Assembly (NCBI GenBank): GCA_963734545.1
Contig: CAVTHO010000008.1
Coordinates: forward strand, 64,001 to 128,000
Reading direction: 5' to 3'
Origin: an uncultured Spirochaetota bacterium
Lineage (GTDB): Bacteria; Spirochaetota; Spirochaetia; SZUA-6; Fen-1364
Length of the DNA stretch: 64,000 bases
Shown one piece after another: positions 52,202-61,722 of the stretch. Made by a program: the position numbers and the translations under genes. Below the pieces are notes generated by a model, which did no database searches, had not been told where the DNA came from, and saw only the letters and a list, made by a program, of their open reading frames with translations. The number at the start of each line of letters is the position of its first letter. Positions within the stretch are counted from its first letter, which is position 1.

Positions 52202-52890
52202 AGATGCAGGAAACCCTTTCTTCGATCGCCGCATTCGTGGGATCACTCCCGTCGGGGGTCAAGGCGCTGCTCGTGCTCTTCGGCGGCTGGCTGGCGGCAT
52301 ACCTGCTGCGGCTCATCCTGTCATGGCTGCTCGCTCTTGTCCGGTTCAACACATTCTGCGACAAGGTGGGGATCTCGGAGTTCCTCCGCAAGGGTCAGGT
52401 CATCTACCAGCCGTCCCGGCTGGCGGGGATCATTGCCTACTGGACCGTCCTGCTTATTGCATTGTTCCAGATTGCGCGGATCCTCGATATCAAGGTCGTG
52501 ACGTCATTTTCCGACAGGCTTGCCTCCACCGTGCCGGGGCTGCTCGCCGCGGTCTTCATCGGCATCATCGGCCTGGTCATGATTTCCTTCATCGGCAACT
52601 TCGTCATGACGGTGACGCGAACCGCCGGACTCCCGCATGCTGCCCTCCTTGCGCGGGTCGTCAAGACAGCCGGCTATGTCCTGGTCCTTGGTCTTGCGCT
52701 CGAGCAGATCGACCTGAGCAAGACAATGATCAGCTCCATGCTGCAGATCCTTTTCGCGGCAGTATCGTTCGGTCTTGCATTGGCCTTCGGGCTGGGCTGC
52801 AAGGACATGGCGCGTGACGCGGCCACGAGGTTCCTTCAGAATCTGAGAGAGAAGCGGCGCACCGACGGCCGCGCGGACCTCGAAGGATGA
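52198..52890 (+). CDS. MscS-associated TM-helix (CmpX-like) membrane protein
   Basis: Multi-TM; LALAFGLGCKD motif; overlaps the upstream stop. Confidence 0.7.
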   Translation: MKMQETLSSIAAFVGSLPSGVKALLVLFGGWLAAYLLRLILSWLLALVRFNTFCDKVGISEFLRKGQVIYQPSRLAGIIAYWTVLLIALFQIARILDIKVVTSFSDRLASTVPGLLAAVFIGIIGLVMISFIGNFVMTVTRTAGLPHAALLARVVKTAGYVLVLGLALEQIDLSKTMISSMLQILFAAVSFGLALAFGLGCKDMARDAATRFLQNLREKRRTDGRADLEG

Positions 52891-53013
52891 GTCCCGCCGA
52901 GGCGGCTTCATAGGCGCGCCCTCACGCACTCCCGGCCGGACCCCCGCCGAGGCATGGCAGGTGAGCCCCGCGCGGCGGAGAAGTGTTGTCACGATGGGGC
53001 CGAGTCTGCTTGA

Positions 53014-54732
53014 ATGGGACCAATGGGACCTTCCCTCTCTTCTCTTCGCCGTTTGCCGGAGAACACACGGAGCATCATCAATTCGGTTCTCTACGCGGTA
53101 ACTGCCGCCGGTTCCGCGGTCGCGTTTCTATGGCTGACCAATCTCCTTTTCCGGGCGACGATCGAGCGGCTGGCAGCCGGCTCGGTCCTTCTGTTTGTGC
53201 TGGGGAGCCTCGGCGTGATCAGCGTCACGTCCATTGGCGCGGGGGTTCTCATGAGCATGGTCAGCCCGGAGTCTGCCGGCAGCGGAGTACCCCAGCTTAA
53301 GGCCGCATACTGGAAGGATCTGGGTTTTGTCAGACTGCGCTCCGTTGTGGTGAAGTTCGTAGGCGGGGTTCTGACCCTCGGTGGTGGAACGAGCCTCGGA
53401 CGCGAAGGGCCGTCCGTCTACGTGGGCGGCGGTGTCGCGTCAAGCATCGCAGCGGCACTCGGGGTCCCCAAGACGGCCCGACGATTGCCGTCAGCCACAG
53501 GCGCCGCAGCGGCCCTCGCGGCTGCGTTCAACACCCCGCTGGCGGCCATCACTTTCGTACTGGAGGAGATGCTCAACAACGAGTTCGGGAGCCGGGTTCT
53601 GGGCGGCGTGGTTCTTGCCGCAGTCTCCGGAGCGCTGATTGTGCAAGCGTTTCTCGGTCGGCAGCCGGCGTTTTCCCTTCCCGCCGTGGAGGGAGTGACG
53701 TGGCTGATGTACCTCATCCTGCCGATCGTTGCCGGGGTGGCATCACTGATCGGCGTGGCGTTTCAAAGCCTCACCCTCTTCCTGAGGGCGCGAGTGCGCG
53801 ACCGCAGCCGTCTACCGTCATGGCTTCGCCCCCTCTGCGGGGCTCTGGTCACATGGGTCCTCGGATGCGCGGTTTTCATCGCCAACGGGCATACGGGTGT
53901 CTTCAGTCTCGGCTACGGCGACCTGTCCCTTGCCCTCAACAACGGTCTGCTCTGGCAGGCGGCCGGTCTCCTTGTGGCGGCCAAGTTCGTCGCGACCGTG
54001 GCGTCGTATGCGTGGGGCGGCTGCGGGGGAATCTTCTCACCCACACTGTTCCTCGGAGGGCTTACAGGCTTTTTTCTTGCAGGAGTGGCAGGGACATGGA
54101 TCCCCCTTACGGCTGCTGACAGGATCGTGCTTGCGGCCGTCGGCATGAGCGCGTGCTTCAACGCGGTGGTGCGGGCTCCGCTCACCGCCCTGCTGATCGT
54201 CTTCGAGATGACTCATCAGTTTTCGATGGTCCCCGGTCTCATGTTCTGCTCGATCGTCAGCCAGGCGATTGCGCGGCTCGGAGGCCGCCACAACTTCTAC
54301 GATGCGCTTCTCCTTCAAGATGGACACGAACTCATCCGCATCAAGCCGCCGCGGGACCTGGAGAGCTGGCAGAAGCTTCCGGTGTCGGAGATCGCCCGTA
54401 CACGCCCTGTGGTGCTGCCGGACCTGGAGCGATCGACGATCCAGGGCTTCCTCGAGTCCTACCCCTATCAGCGATTCCCCGTGATCATGCGCGGTGTGAT
54501 CAGCGGCATCGTGAGCCGCCAGGAGCTGAAGACCGCGCTGGCATCAAATGCAATCCCGCGCCTGGCAACCCCGGTGCTGTGCTCTCCAGGGGCCAGCGTG
54601 CGCGAGGCCGGGGCTCTGCTGATGGAAAGCAGCGCCGGCATGGTACTGATCCGGGACGATTCGACGGGGGATATCTCCTCGGTCGTTACCCTCCATGATC
54701 TGCTTCGCGCCCAGGCAGCACTGGCCGAGTAG
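53014..54732 (+). CDS. ClC chloride/proton antiporter with CBS domains (copy 2)
   Basis: 572 aa, colinear with and highly similar to 28215-29933. Confidence 0.93.
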   Translation: MGPMGPSLSSLRRLPENTRSIINSVLYAVTAAGSAVAFLWLTNLLFRATIERLAAGSVLLFVLGSLGVISVTSIGAGVLMSMVSPESAGSGVPQLKAAYWKDLGFVRLRSVVVKFVGGVLTLGGGTSLGREGPSVYVGGGVASSIAAALGVPKTARRLPSATGAAAALAAAFNTPLAAITFVLEEMLNNEFGSRVLGGVVLAAVSGALIVQAFLGRQPAFSLPAVEGVTWLMYLILPIVAGVASLIGVAFQSLTLFLRARVRDRSRLPSWLRPLCGALVTWVLGCAVFIANGHTGVFSLGYGDLSLALNNGLLWQAAGLLVAAKFVATVASYAWGGCGGIFSPTLFLGGLTGFFLAGVAGTWIPLTAADRIVLAAVGMSACFNAVVRAPLTALLIVFEMTHQFSMVPGLMFCSIVSQAIARLGGRHNFYDALLLQDGHELIRIKPPRDLESWQKLPVSEIARTRPVVLPDLERSTIQGFLESYPYQRFPVIMRGVISGIVSRQELKTALASNAIPRLATPVLCSPGASVREAGALLMESSAGMVLIRDDSTGDISSVVTLHDLLRAQAALAE

Positions 54733-54854
54733 AAACACCAGGCCCCGAAAAGCCTCAGAGGAGAAGGAGCCTGATCCCCAGCCGCGCCTTCTCAGAAGAG
54801 CTGACGCGCGGGCCTTCGCGCAAACCCGGCCGCCTGCCGGCCGTCCGGGAGAGT

Positions 54855-55052
54855 ATTTCGATCATCCACGGTATCGGGCCCCAGAAGTACGAGAGGAATT
54901 TCAGGAAAGGATTGGTCTTCTTTTCTTCAAGCTCGTTCGGACCATACTGGGTCAGCCGCTTCTGCGCGTCGGCTTGACTGAGGCCGTCCGCTGTGGACCC
55001 CAGCGCCGCCTGCAGCTCGGTCATGGAGACGGTCTTCAGATCGTCCTTCACA
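54855..55052 (-). pseudogene. Truncated copy of the P3A H+-ATPase (N-terminus only)
   Basis: KDDLKTVSM..YGPNEL..FWGPIPWMIE, after which homology ends. Confidence 0.85.
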
Positions 55053-55055
55053 ATA

Positions 55056-55424
55056 CTACTCCTCTGAAAGCTTCTCTTCCGGCAGGGCGGGGTCAGTGCG
55101 GCGACTCCGTTGCTCATGCAGCCTTCCGAGCGTGTGCTCGAGCAACCGGATGAGCTTGTCCACTGCGCCGTCGACGGCTTGCTCCACGGTCGCCGCATGA
55201 TGAGTGATCGCGGTGGGCTGATGGTTTTCGAGGCGGGCTTCCATCACGCAGCGTATTGCGTCCTTGCCCCCTTTCTTGTCGCTGTTCTCATCGCTGAGAT
55301 GGACTTCCACCCGCGTGACGTGCTCGCTGATATGGCCCAGGACGCCCTCAACCAGGCTGCTGACGTGAGCGGCCAGCGCCTCATGGCCTTCGATGTTGTG
55401 GTCGGTATTCACCTGGATCTGCAT
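55056..55424 (-). CDS. HPF/RaiA family ribosome-associated protein (copy 2)
   Basis: 122 aa, near-identical to 34597-34965. Confidence 0.88.
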   Translation of the reverse strand: MQIQVNTDHNIEGHEALAAHVSSLVEGVLGHISEHVTRVEVHLSDENSDKKGGKDAIRCVMEARLENHQPTAITHHAATVEQAVDGAVDKLIRLLEHTLGRLHEQRSRRTDPALPEEKLSEE

Positions 55425-55647
55425 GGTATTCTCCTTTGTTATGATTCAGTCCTATTCACAGTGAAATGCTGGTCCGGGCACCAACTCCTTCCAATATAAC
55501 AAGGCGGATAAAGCTCCGGTGCCGTCTGTACTCGCCTTCTTACGGACACTGCGCAGCCAGAAGGACTACCTGAAGGACACGCAATACATCTTCCCCTGGG
55601 GGTCGCCATTACGGAACGCCTAAGAGAGCCCGGTAATCCCCGTACCG

Positions 55648-56880
55648 CTACTCGACCCGCACCCCCAGGGACCGGGATATGTTCAATCCAGACGCCCGAC
55701 GCGTGGGCAGGAGGCTGCCCGCCAGGGCGGTTGCGACGCCCACCCCTGCAGCTGTCAGAAAGTCCGACAGCCGGTAATCGCCAGTGAAACGATGGCCGAA
55801 GGGAATCGGCATCTCCAGGGACGTGCTTGAGAAGTCGAACCCGACCTGCTGCATGTAAAGTGCACAGAGGCCCCCGAGCAGGCACCCGATGGCAGCCGCC
55901 ACGACCGCAAGTGAAGCGGCCTCGGACATGAAAAGGAATGTGAGCTGGGACCGCCGGATGCCTATGGCCCTCAGGGTGCCGATCTCGCGGGTCCGTTCCT
56001 GAACAGACATCGACATCGAGTTGAGCATCCCGATGATGATCAGAAGGAAGATGACCAGGAAAACAATCCAGAACCCGCCGATGTCGGCCGAAGTAGCGGT
56101 TACTATGGCCGCGGCAAACCTGCGCCACGAGTACGCAACGTTGCCAGTCCCGGCCAGGTTTTTCCCGATGGAGGCCAGCGCCGTGGTTTCTGACGCCTCT
56201 TCCTTCAACCGGACGACAAGCCGGGTCGCGGCGTCCGTCATTCCAAGGAGCCCACGCGCCGTGGTCAAATCCACCAGAACCAGATTCTCATCCATGGAGG
56301 GATATCCGAAACGGAAAATCCCCTGGACCGGAATCTCGACGTAGTTCTGCACCGAGTACTTGTCCACGGCGGAAAGGGCAATCAACTGTCCTGCCTTCAC
56401 GCCGAGCTTTGCGGCCAAGGGGGCTCCAAGGAGCACTCCGCCGTTGTCCGCTGACAGGTACTTTCCCCCGGTGACGAACTCGCGAACCGCCGTCACGCGC
56501 GCCTCCGCCTCGGGATCGATGGCCCGGCCGAGCACCCGTACGGTACCCGCCTGGGTCCCCACCGTGGCACTGAAATCAATGCGGGGCGCAGCGGCGGCGA
56601 CCAACGGGTCGCGTTCGATCCGAAGGGCGGCCGAGTCCGCGTCCGGTATCTCGATGTCGAGCGGCAGCCGGCGTTCCTGGTCGAGGTATCCCTCGCGAAG
56701 CACCTGCAGGTCTCCCGTCTCCAGCCTCCTCACGCCGCTGTAAATCGTCGTGGAGTAGCCGCGGATCCATCCGAGGCCGAAGATCATCAACGCCATGCCG
56801 ATGGAGAGAGCAGTGATGTTGAGGATGCTGCGCCTCGGGTTGCGCGCAATATTGCGGAAGCCGACCAGCAGGATCTCCAT
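55648..56880 (-). CDS. ABC transporter permease (LolC/E-FtsX family)
   Basis: RNIARNPRRS, SVQERTREIGTLRAIG. Confidence 0.88.
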   Translation of the reverse strand: MEILLVGFRNIARNPRRSILNITALSIGMALMIFGLGWIRGYSTTIYSGVRRLETGDLQVLREGYLDQERRLPLDIEIPDADSAALRIERDPLVAAAAPRIDFSATVGTQAGTVRVLGRAIDPEAEARVTAVREFVTGGKYLSADNGGVLLGAPLAAKLGVKAGQLIALSAVDKYSVQNYVEIPVQGIFRFGYPSMDENLVLVDLTTARGLLGMTDAATRLVVRLKEEASETTALASIGKNLAGTGNVAYSWRRFAAAIVTATSADIGGFWIVFLVIFLLIIIGMLNSMSMSVQERTREIGTLRAIGIRRSQLTFLFMSEAASLAVVAAAIGCLLGGLCALYMQQVGFDFSSTSLEMPIPFGHRFTGDYRLSDFLTAAGVGVATALAGSLLPTRRASGLNISRSLGVRVE

Positions 56881-56881
56881 G

Positions 56882-58126
56882 TCATCCTCCCTGTTCGAGT
56901 GATTCGATGAGCCGCAGCCGTACGCTCACGAACGCCCCGTAGAGATAGCCGGCCCCGGCGATGAGCACACCGGCGAGGAAATCGGCGACCGCGCCACGCG
57001 CATTCAAGGCAAAGTGGTAGGTCGTGCCGGTGCCCAGGGCCTTGGACACCGCACCGACGTTCAAGCCGTGGATCTCGAAGTAGATCACGAGCGGCAATCC
57101 GACGGCCAGCCCGAGCGCGCTCCCGATGAGTCCCAGCAGGGCTCCCTCTTCGAGGATGATCCCGAAGAGCTGCCGGCGCTTCAAGCCGATTGCGCGGAGG
57201 GTGCCGAAGGTCGGAATGCGCTGGAAAATGGTCATCAGGACGCTGCTCGTGATGACCGTGCCGGCAACGATGATGACGATGAGGTTGATGACGGCCGTGT
57301 AGAGGTCTCCCAGTCGGATGAGGGCGATCAGCCCTCCCTGGATGTCCCGCCAGGTCTGAATGGAGGGGCCTTCCCCGGCGAGCAGGGACGAGAGGTGCCG
57401 TGAAACCAGCGGCGCATCGTCGGGATCCTTCAACGCAACTCTTACCTCCGTGGCCGCCCCCGGCAGGTCAAGCAGCTCCCGGGCATCCCGCAGGCTCATG
57501 AAGAAGACAAAGTCGTCGGTTTCAGGGACCCCGGAGCTGAAAATACCGGTAAGCCGATAGCTGAGATAGTACGGGCTGCCCGCGCTGTCCTCCACAAGCA
57601 CCACCACCTGGTCCCCGAGCTTCACGTCCAGAAGCCCGGCGATGCCCCGGGACACCGCAATCCCGGAGCGCACGCCCGCTTGGCCGCCCTGCGGGAGGAA
57701 TGATCCCGCCGTGAACCCGGTTCGAACCCGGGCAAAGAACCGGGTCCCCGGCTCAACACCCCGGCCCGCCATGGCCACGTTGCGCTCCCCGTGGACCAGG
57801 AGCGCGCCGAATTGGAGCATCGGCTCCAGATTGTCCAGGCGAGGAGCTATCAGCGGATCCTGCCTGATCGTGGATATCATCTGCTCCGGCTGCTTAAGGA
57901 CATAGTCGAGCGAGTAAGGGTCGAGCCGTTTCGGCCAGCCCCCCGCGTGGATCTGGAGGTGGCCGCTTTCCTGCAGGAGGTCCGAGAAAAAGGAGACGCG
58001 CAGTCCCCCCATCATGCCCTCTACAAAAATCATGACGACGACGGAGAGGAGGACGGCGAGCACGATGATGGCGCTTCTTCGCCGGTGGCTGACGATGCTC
58101 AGGAACGCGAGACGAAGGAAGAACAT
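56882..58126 (-). CDS. ABC transporter permease (LolC/E-FtsX family)
   Basis: SGHLQI, QRIPTFGTLRAIG. Confidence 0.88.
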   Translation of the reverse strand: MFFLRLAFLSIVSHRRRSAIIVLAVLLSVVVMIFVEGMMGGLRVSFFSDLLQESGHLQIHAGGWPKRLDPYSLDYVLKQPEQMISTIRQDPLIAPRLDNLEPMLQFGALLVHGERNVAMAGRGVEPGTRFFARVRTGFTAGSFLPQGGQAGVRSGIAVSRGIAGLLDVKLGDQVVVLVEDSAGSPYYLSYRLTGIFSSGVPETDDFVFFMSLRDARELLDLPGAATEVRVALKDPDDAPLVSRHLSSLLAGEGPSIQTWRDIQGGLIALIRLGDLYTAVINLIVIIVAGTVITSSVLMTIFQRIPTFGTLRAIGLKRRQLFGIILEEGALLGLIGSALGLAVGLPLVIYFEIHGLNVGAVSKALGTGTTYHFALNARGAVADFLAGVLIAGAGYLYGAFVSVRLRLIESLEQGG

Positions 58127-58821
58127 CAGCGCGCCTCCTCCGGGTCTTCCCTTTCCAGCTCGCCGTCCTTGAGCCGGATGGTACGGGTAGAATACCGCAG
58201 AATGTCGTGGTTGTGTGTGGAGAAGATGAATGTCACGCCATCGCGTTCGTTCAACCTGCGGATGAGGCGCAGAACATCGTCGCCGGTCCGGCTGTCGAGG
58301 TTCGCCGTCGGCTCGTCCGCGATGACGATATCAGGCCGATTGACGAGGGCGCGCGCAATGGCCACGCGCTGCCGCTGGCCTCCGGACAGCTCGGCGGGTT
58401 TGTGCCGCGCGTAGCGCGTCAGTCCGACAGCCTCCAGGAGACCGTCAATGGTCGGCGATCTCCGCGTGGGCGGCACCCGGGCCAGGATCATGGGGAGCTC
58501 CACGTTCTCCCGCACGGACAGGACGGGCACGAGGTTGAAGGTCTGGAAAATGAAGCCGATGCGATTGAGACGGATCTCCGCGAGAGACGCGTCCGAAAGC
58601 GCGCCCACATCCGTGCCGCCGAACAGCAGCGTTCCGCGCGACGGGTTGTCGATGCAGCCCATCATGTTCAGCAGAGTGGTCTTCCCGCACCCGGAAGGGC
58701 CGACAACGGAGAGTACCTCTCCCGGCTGAACCTCCAGGCTGACACCGCGGATGGCGTGGATGGTCGTGGCGCCCAGGGAATAGTCTTTTGCAACCTCGTG
58801 AAGCTCGATGAGCGGCATCAT
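58126..58821 (-). CDS. ABC transporter ATP-binding protein (LolD/MacB-like)
   Basis: GPSGCGKT, LSGGQRQRVAIARAL, IADEPT, STH. Confidence 0.95.
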   Translation of the reverse strand: MMPLIELHEVAKDYSLGATTIHAIRGVSLEVQPGEVLSVVGPSGCGKTTLLNMMGCIDNPSRGTLLFGGTDVGALSDASLAEIRLNRIGFIFQTFNLVPVLSVRENVELPMILARVPPTRRSPTIDGLLEAVGLTRYARHKPAELSGGQRQRVAIARALVNRPDIVIADEPTANLDSRTGDDVLRLIRRLNERDGVTFIFSTHNHDILRYSTRTIRLKDGELEREDPEEAR

Positions 58822-58828
58822 TCCTCCT

Positions 58829-60124
58829 TCAAAAATGAACAGCCACGCCGGCGTCGGCCGTCACCGGCGCGGGCAGAATACCGAACTCGCTATGAGAGCC
58901 CTCTCCCCAGGCAGCGATGGCGCGCACAAATAGGTCTATCCCCGGGAGACGGGTCCAACGCAGCTCGGGCTGCAGGGCAAAGCTCCGATCCTGAAGATTC
59001 ATGACCATGGCCACGTCCGCTGAAAAGTACCCATTGACAGCAGCAGTAAAAGAAAGTGCCGCGTAGTGCCGGCCCAGGGGGGGTATCACCTCCCCGCTCG
59101 AAAGCCATGCGCCGCTCGCCGCCGAATCCAGGACGGCGGCGGGAGAACCCGCGAGTCCCGCCGCTAGCGCGGCGAAGAAATCGTCCATGAACCGCGCGGC
59201 CTGGTTTCCATCGTATCCGGTGCTGTCGTAGAGATACTCCACCGTGGCGGCGAATGAAGCGGAGTCGGTGGAAACCGTCCTTTGAAGCCCGACAGTGGCG
59301 ATTGGAAAGGCCCTCCCGAAGCCGGGGTTCGCGTATGATCCAGACTGGTCCGGGTAAAGGGCGCTGTTAGAAAACTCAACGGCGAGCGTGGAGTCGAGGA
59401 TGAACCCGAAAACGTCAAGTGAAAAACCTGCCGTCGGTCTGAGAACCCGCTGCCACTGCCAGGTCACTGCGGCGTGGACATCCAGACTTCCGAGAAATGC
59501 ATCGGCGTAGAGAGCATAACGCAGCCCTCGCCAGGGTGACGATGGCAAGGAGGGAAGGGAGGGCGCAAGGAACGGAAGGTCTGCCGCGAGGTCCGTTGAA
59601 GTCGAGGATGCGAGACCAGGAAGCTGCGAGTTGACCGGAAAAGCTGTATCGAACCGCACGGCTGCCGTGAGGCTGAATGAAGCGGAAGGGGCGAAGGTGG
59701 CTGTGAAGCCGAAGAAGCCCTCCGACTTGTTCTGGGGATTGACCGGAGGATCGAGCTTGTCTCCAGGGGAAAACTCATAACCGGTGCCCCAGGGAAGGCG
59801 CTGCTTCCCGAAAACAAGGGTCAGCCCAGGGGCTGCGGCAAGTGACACATAGGCCTGTATCAGATCGTTCTGCAGCGTTCCGCCGTCCGCGCCCTGCCAC
59901 CAGGTCAAGGCGTCCGCGAGGTAGAGCTGGCCGCCTTCGAATATGAGACGCTCATGGATGTTGAGTTGCCCCTGGGCAACGAGCAGCTGTGCGACGGGAT
60001 CCTTCCCGGTGAGAGAGGCCAACGTCGGATTGCGCGAGATCACCGAATCCCGGCCGAAGACCTGGAGGTCTCCGAAGAACATCTGTTCCTGAGCAGCGAG
60101 AGGCAGGGAGACTGTCAAGGCCAT
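58829..60124 (-). CDS. Putative outer-membrane beta-barrel protein
   Basis: Signal-like N-terminus, FGKQRLPWG, alternating beta strands, terminal Phe; the true start may lie ~45 nt upstream. Confidence 0.6.
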   Translation of the reverse strand: MALTVSLPLAAQEQMFFGDLQVFGRDSVISRNPTLASLTGKDPVAQLLVAQGQLNIHERLIFEGGQLYLADALTWWQGADGGTLQNDLIQAYVSLAAAPGLTLVFGKQRLPWGTGYEFSPGDKLDPPVNPQNKSEGFFGFTATFAPSASFSLTAAVRFDTAFPVNSQLPGLASSTSTDLAADLPFLAPSLPSLPSSPWRGLRYALYADAFLGSLDVHAAVTWQWQRVLRPTAGFSLDVFGFILDSTLAVEFSNSALYPDQSGSYANPGFGRAFPIATVGLQRTVSTDSASFAATVEYLYDSTGYDGNQAARFMDDFFAALAAGLAGSPAAVLDSAASGAWLSSGEVIPPLGRHYAALSFTAAVNGYFSADVAMVMNLQDRSFALQPELRWTRLPGIDLFVRAIAAWGEGSHSEFGILPAPVTADAGVAVHF

Positions 60125-60180
60125 CAGGAGCCCGGCTGCGGCGAAGGCCGATCGAAAAATACGAATGTTCTATATCTCCC

Positions 60181-60972
60181 CTACCGCGTGAGCGCCGCAA
60201 GGCTGAAAAGTGAATCCGACATGCCCGGACGTTCCTCAAGCCGGGACACGGTCAACACGGACTCGCGGTCGGGTTGGTCGTAGGAAATCATGCGGATGAC
60301 TGTCGGACGCTCCCGCCCCGCCATTTCACGCACGCCGGTGAAAAGCGCCCGCTTGAACAGGAGACCCGACTTCGCGTAGTACTCGGCCTGGAGCAGCATG
60401 AAGTCACCGGCGCGGACCCAGAGTTTCACCTTCGAGTATGAGACCTGCTCGTTTCGCGCGGTTCCCTCCAGCAGGCGGGCGCTGACGTTCCCCAGCTGGG
60501 GATGATCGAAAGTTTCATCACCCGAAAGGCGCATGTCGTACTCCAAAGCATACTGCGGGTCTCCCACGTCGCGGTTGGAAAAGACGCTTCCCTGGAACGC
60601 GGCCTTCGGGGAGAGACGGATGGCCCGGTTCGTTCCGGCCTGGGGATTGAACAACCACAGCGCGCCTTCCTTCTGGAGAAAGCGAATACCCCTGGACCGC
60701 GCGGGGGACAGGAGCTCAATGCGCGACCCCACGCCCTTTTTGTATGTCACGGTCATTTCCATGCTCGTTTCGGCCCTGCCCGTCTGAAGGGTCTGAAGAG
60801 TGGCGCGCATGAAGTACTCGTCCGGAAAAACGGTCTGGTCCGCCAGGGAAATGATTTGCTCCGCGGTGAGCCCCTGTGCAGAGACAGCCGCGGGAGCGGC
60901 AACGCTCATCAGAAAAACTAACGCGACAGCCGCGGCGCGTGCCCGCCCGGCGCTCTTCGCATGACGACTCAT
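60181..60972 (-). CDS. Outer membrane lipoprotein-sorting (LolA-like) protein
   Basis: SPARSRG.RFL, FQGSVFSNRD, SLFSLAAL; lies within the ABC operon. Confidence 0.8.
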   Translation of the reverse strand: MSRHAKSAGRARAAAVALVFLMSVAAPAAVSAQGLTAEQIISLADQTVFPDEYFMRATLQTLQTGRAETSMEMTVTYKKGVGSRIELLSPARSRGIRFLQKEGALWLFNPQAGTNRAIRLSPKAAFQGSVFSNRDVGDPQYALEYDMRLSGDETFDHPQLGNVSARLLEGTARNEQVSYSKVKLWVRAGDFMLLQAEYYAKSGLLFKRALFTGVREMAGRERPTVIRMISYDQPDRESVLTVSRLEERPGMSDSLFSLAALTR

Positions 60973-60986
60973 TCCCGATCCTCCTG

Positions 60987-61613
60987 TCAGATGGAATTCG
61001 ATGGGGTGGCGGTCTGCGGCCTTTCCATCCCACGCACCACGAGCGCGACCGTCGTTCTGATCTGGGCGCCAAGTCGAATTGCCTTGCGGTCGAAAAGCCA
61101 GAGGAGCACGCTCCCTTCCAGGGCTGCCCCGATGGCGAGCGAGGCGGCGCGCGGGTCGATATCCCTGAACTCCCCGGCCTTGATGCCCTGCGAGATGACC
61201 TCGGCCATCCCGTCAAGAAATGCGGCGAAAAACCGCTGGAAAGCTTTTTTCACTGTGGTGTTGCGAAAGGCGAGCGAATAGTACTCGAAGGTGATTGGAA
61301 GGAATCGACCCATGGTCTCGATGTCCTTGATGATGTGCTCGGCGAATCTCATGAGGCGCTCCCCCGCCGAGCCCTCCGCGGAAGCCTGGCGCCGGATCCG
61401 CTCCGTTTCCGGCTCGAACAGACGCTCCATGATCGCCACGATGATCGCGTCCTTGTTCTTGAAGTACCAGTACAGCAGGCCCTTGCTGCGACCGGACTCT
61501 CTGACGATGTCGTCCATTCGGGCTCCACTGAATCCCTTGCGCGAGAACACTCGAGCGGCCGCGCTGACTATCTCGGACCTGCGCTCTTCGCTGACATCTG
61601 GTCTTGGCGCCAT
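60987..61613 (-). CDS. TetR/AcrR family transcriptional regulator
   Basis: AARVFSRKGF..MDDI..SKGLLYWYFKNKD. Confidence 0.93.
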   Translation of the reverse strand: MAPRPDVSEERRSEIVSAAARVFSRKGFSGARMDDIVRESGRSKGLLYWYFKNKDAIIVAIMERLFEPETERIRRQASAEGSAGERLMRFAEHIIKDIETMGRFLPITFEYYSLAFRNTTVKKAFQRFFAAFLDGMAEVISQGIKAGEFRDIDPRAASLAIGAALEGSVLLWLFDRKAIRLGAQIRTTVALVVRGMERPQTATPSNSI

Positions 61614-61647
61614 TTCTCCCTGCTCCCGGTGCACAATCGAAATCGTT

Positions 61648-61700
61648 ACTGACCGACTGGTCAGTCAATATAAACTACCTCCTTTCTGGCCGCCAGTCAA
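61648..61700 (-). promoter_or_regulatory. Promoter and palindromic TetR operator
   Basis: TTGACT(61700-61695)-17 nt-TAGTTT(61677-61672); palindrome ACTGACC-N4-GGTCAGT at 61648-61665. Confidence 0.7.
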
Positions 61701-61722
61701 GGGAAAGGCATGCCATCATTTA

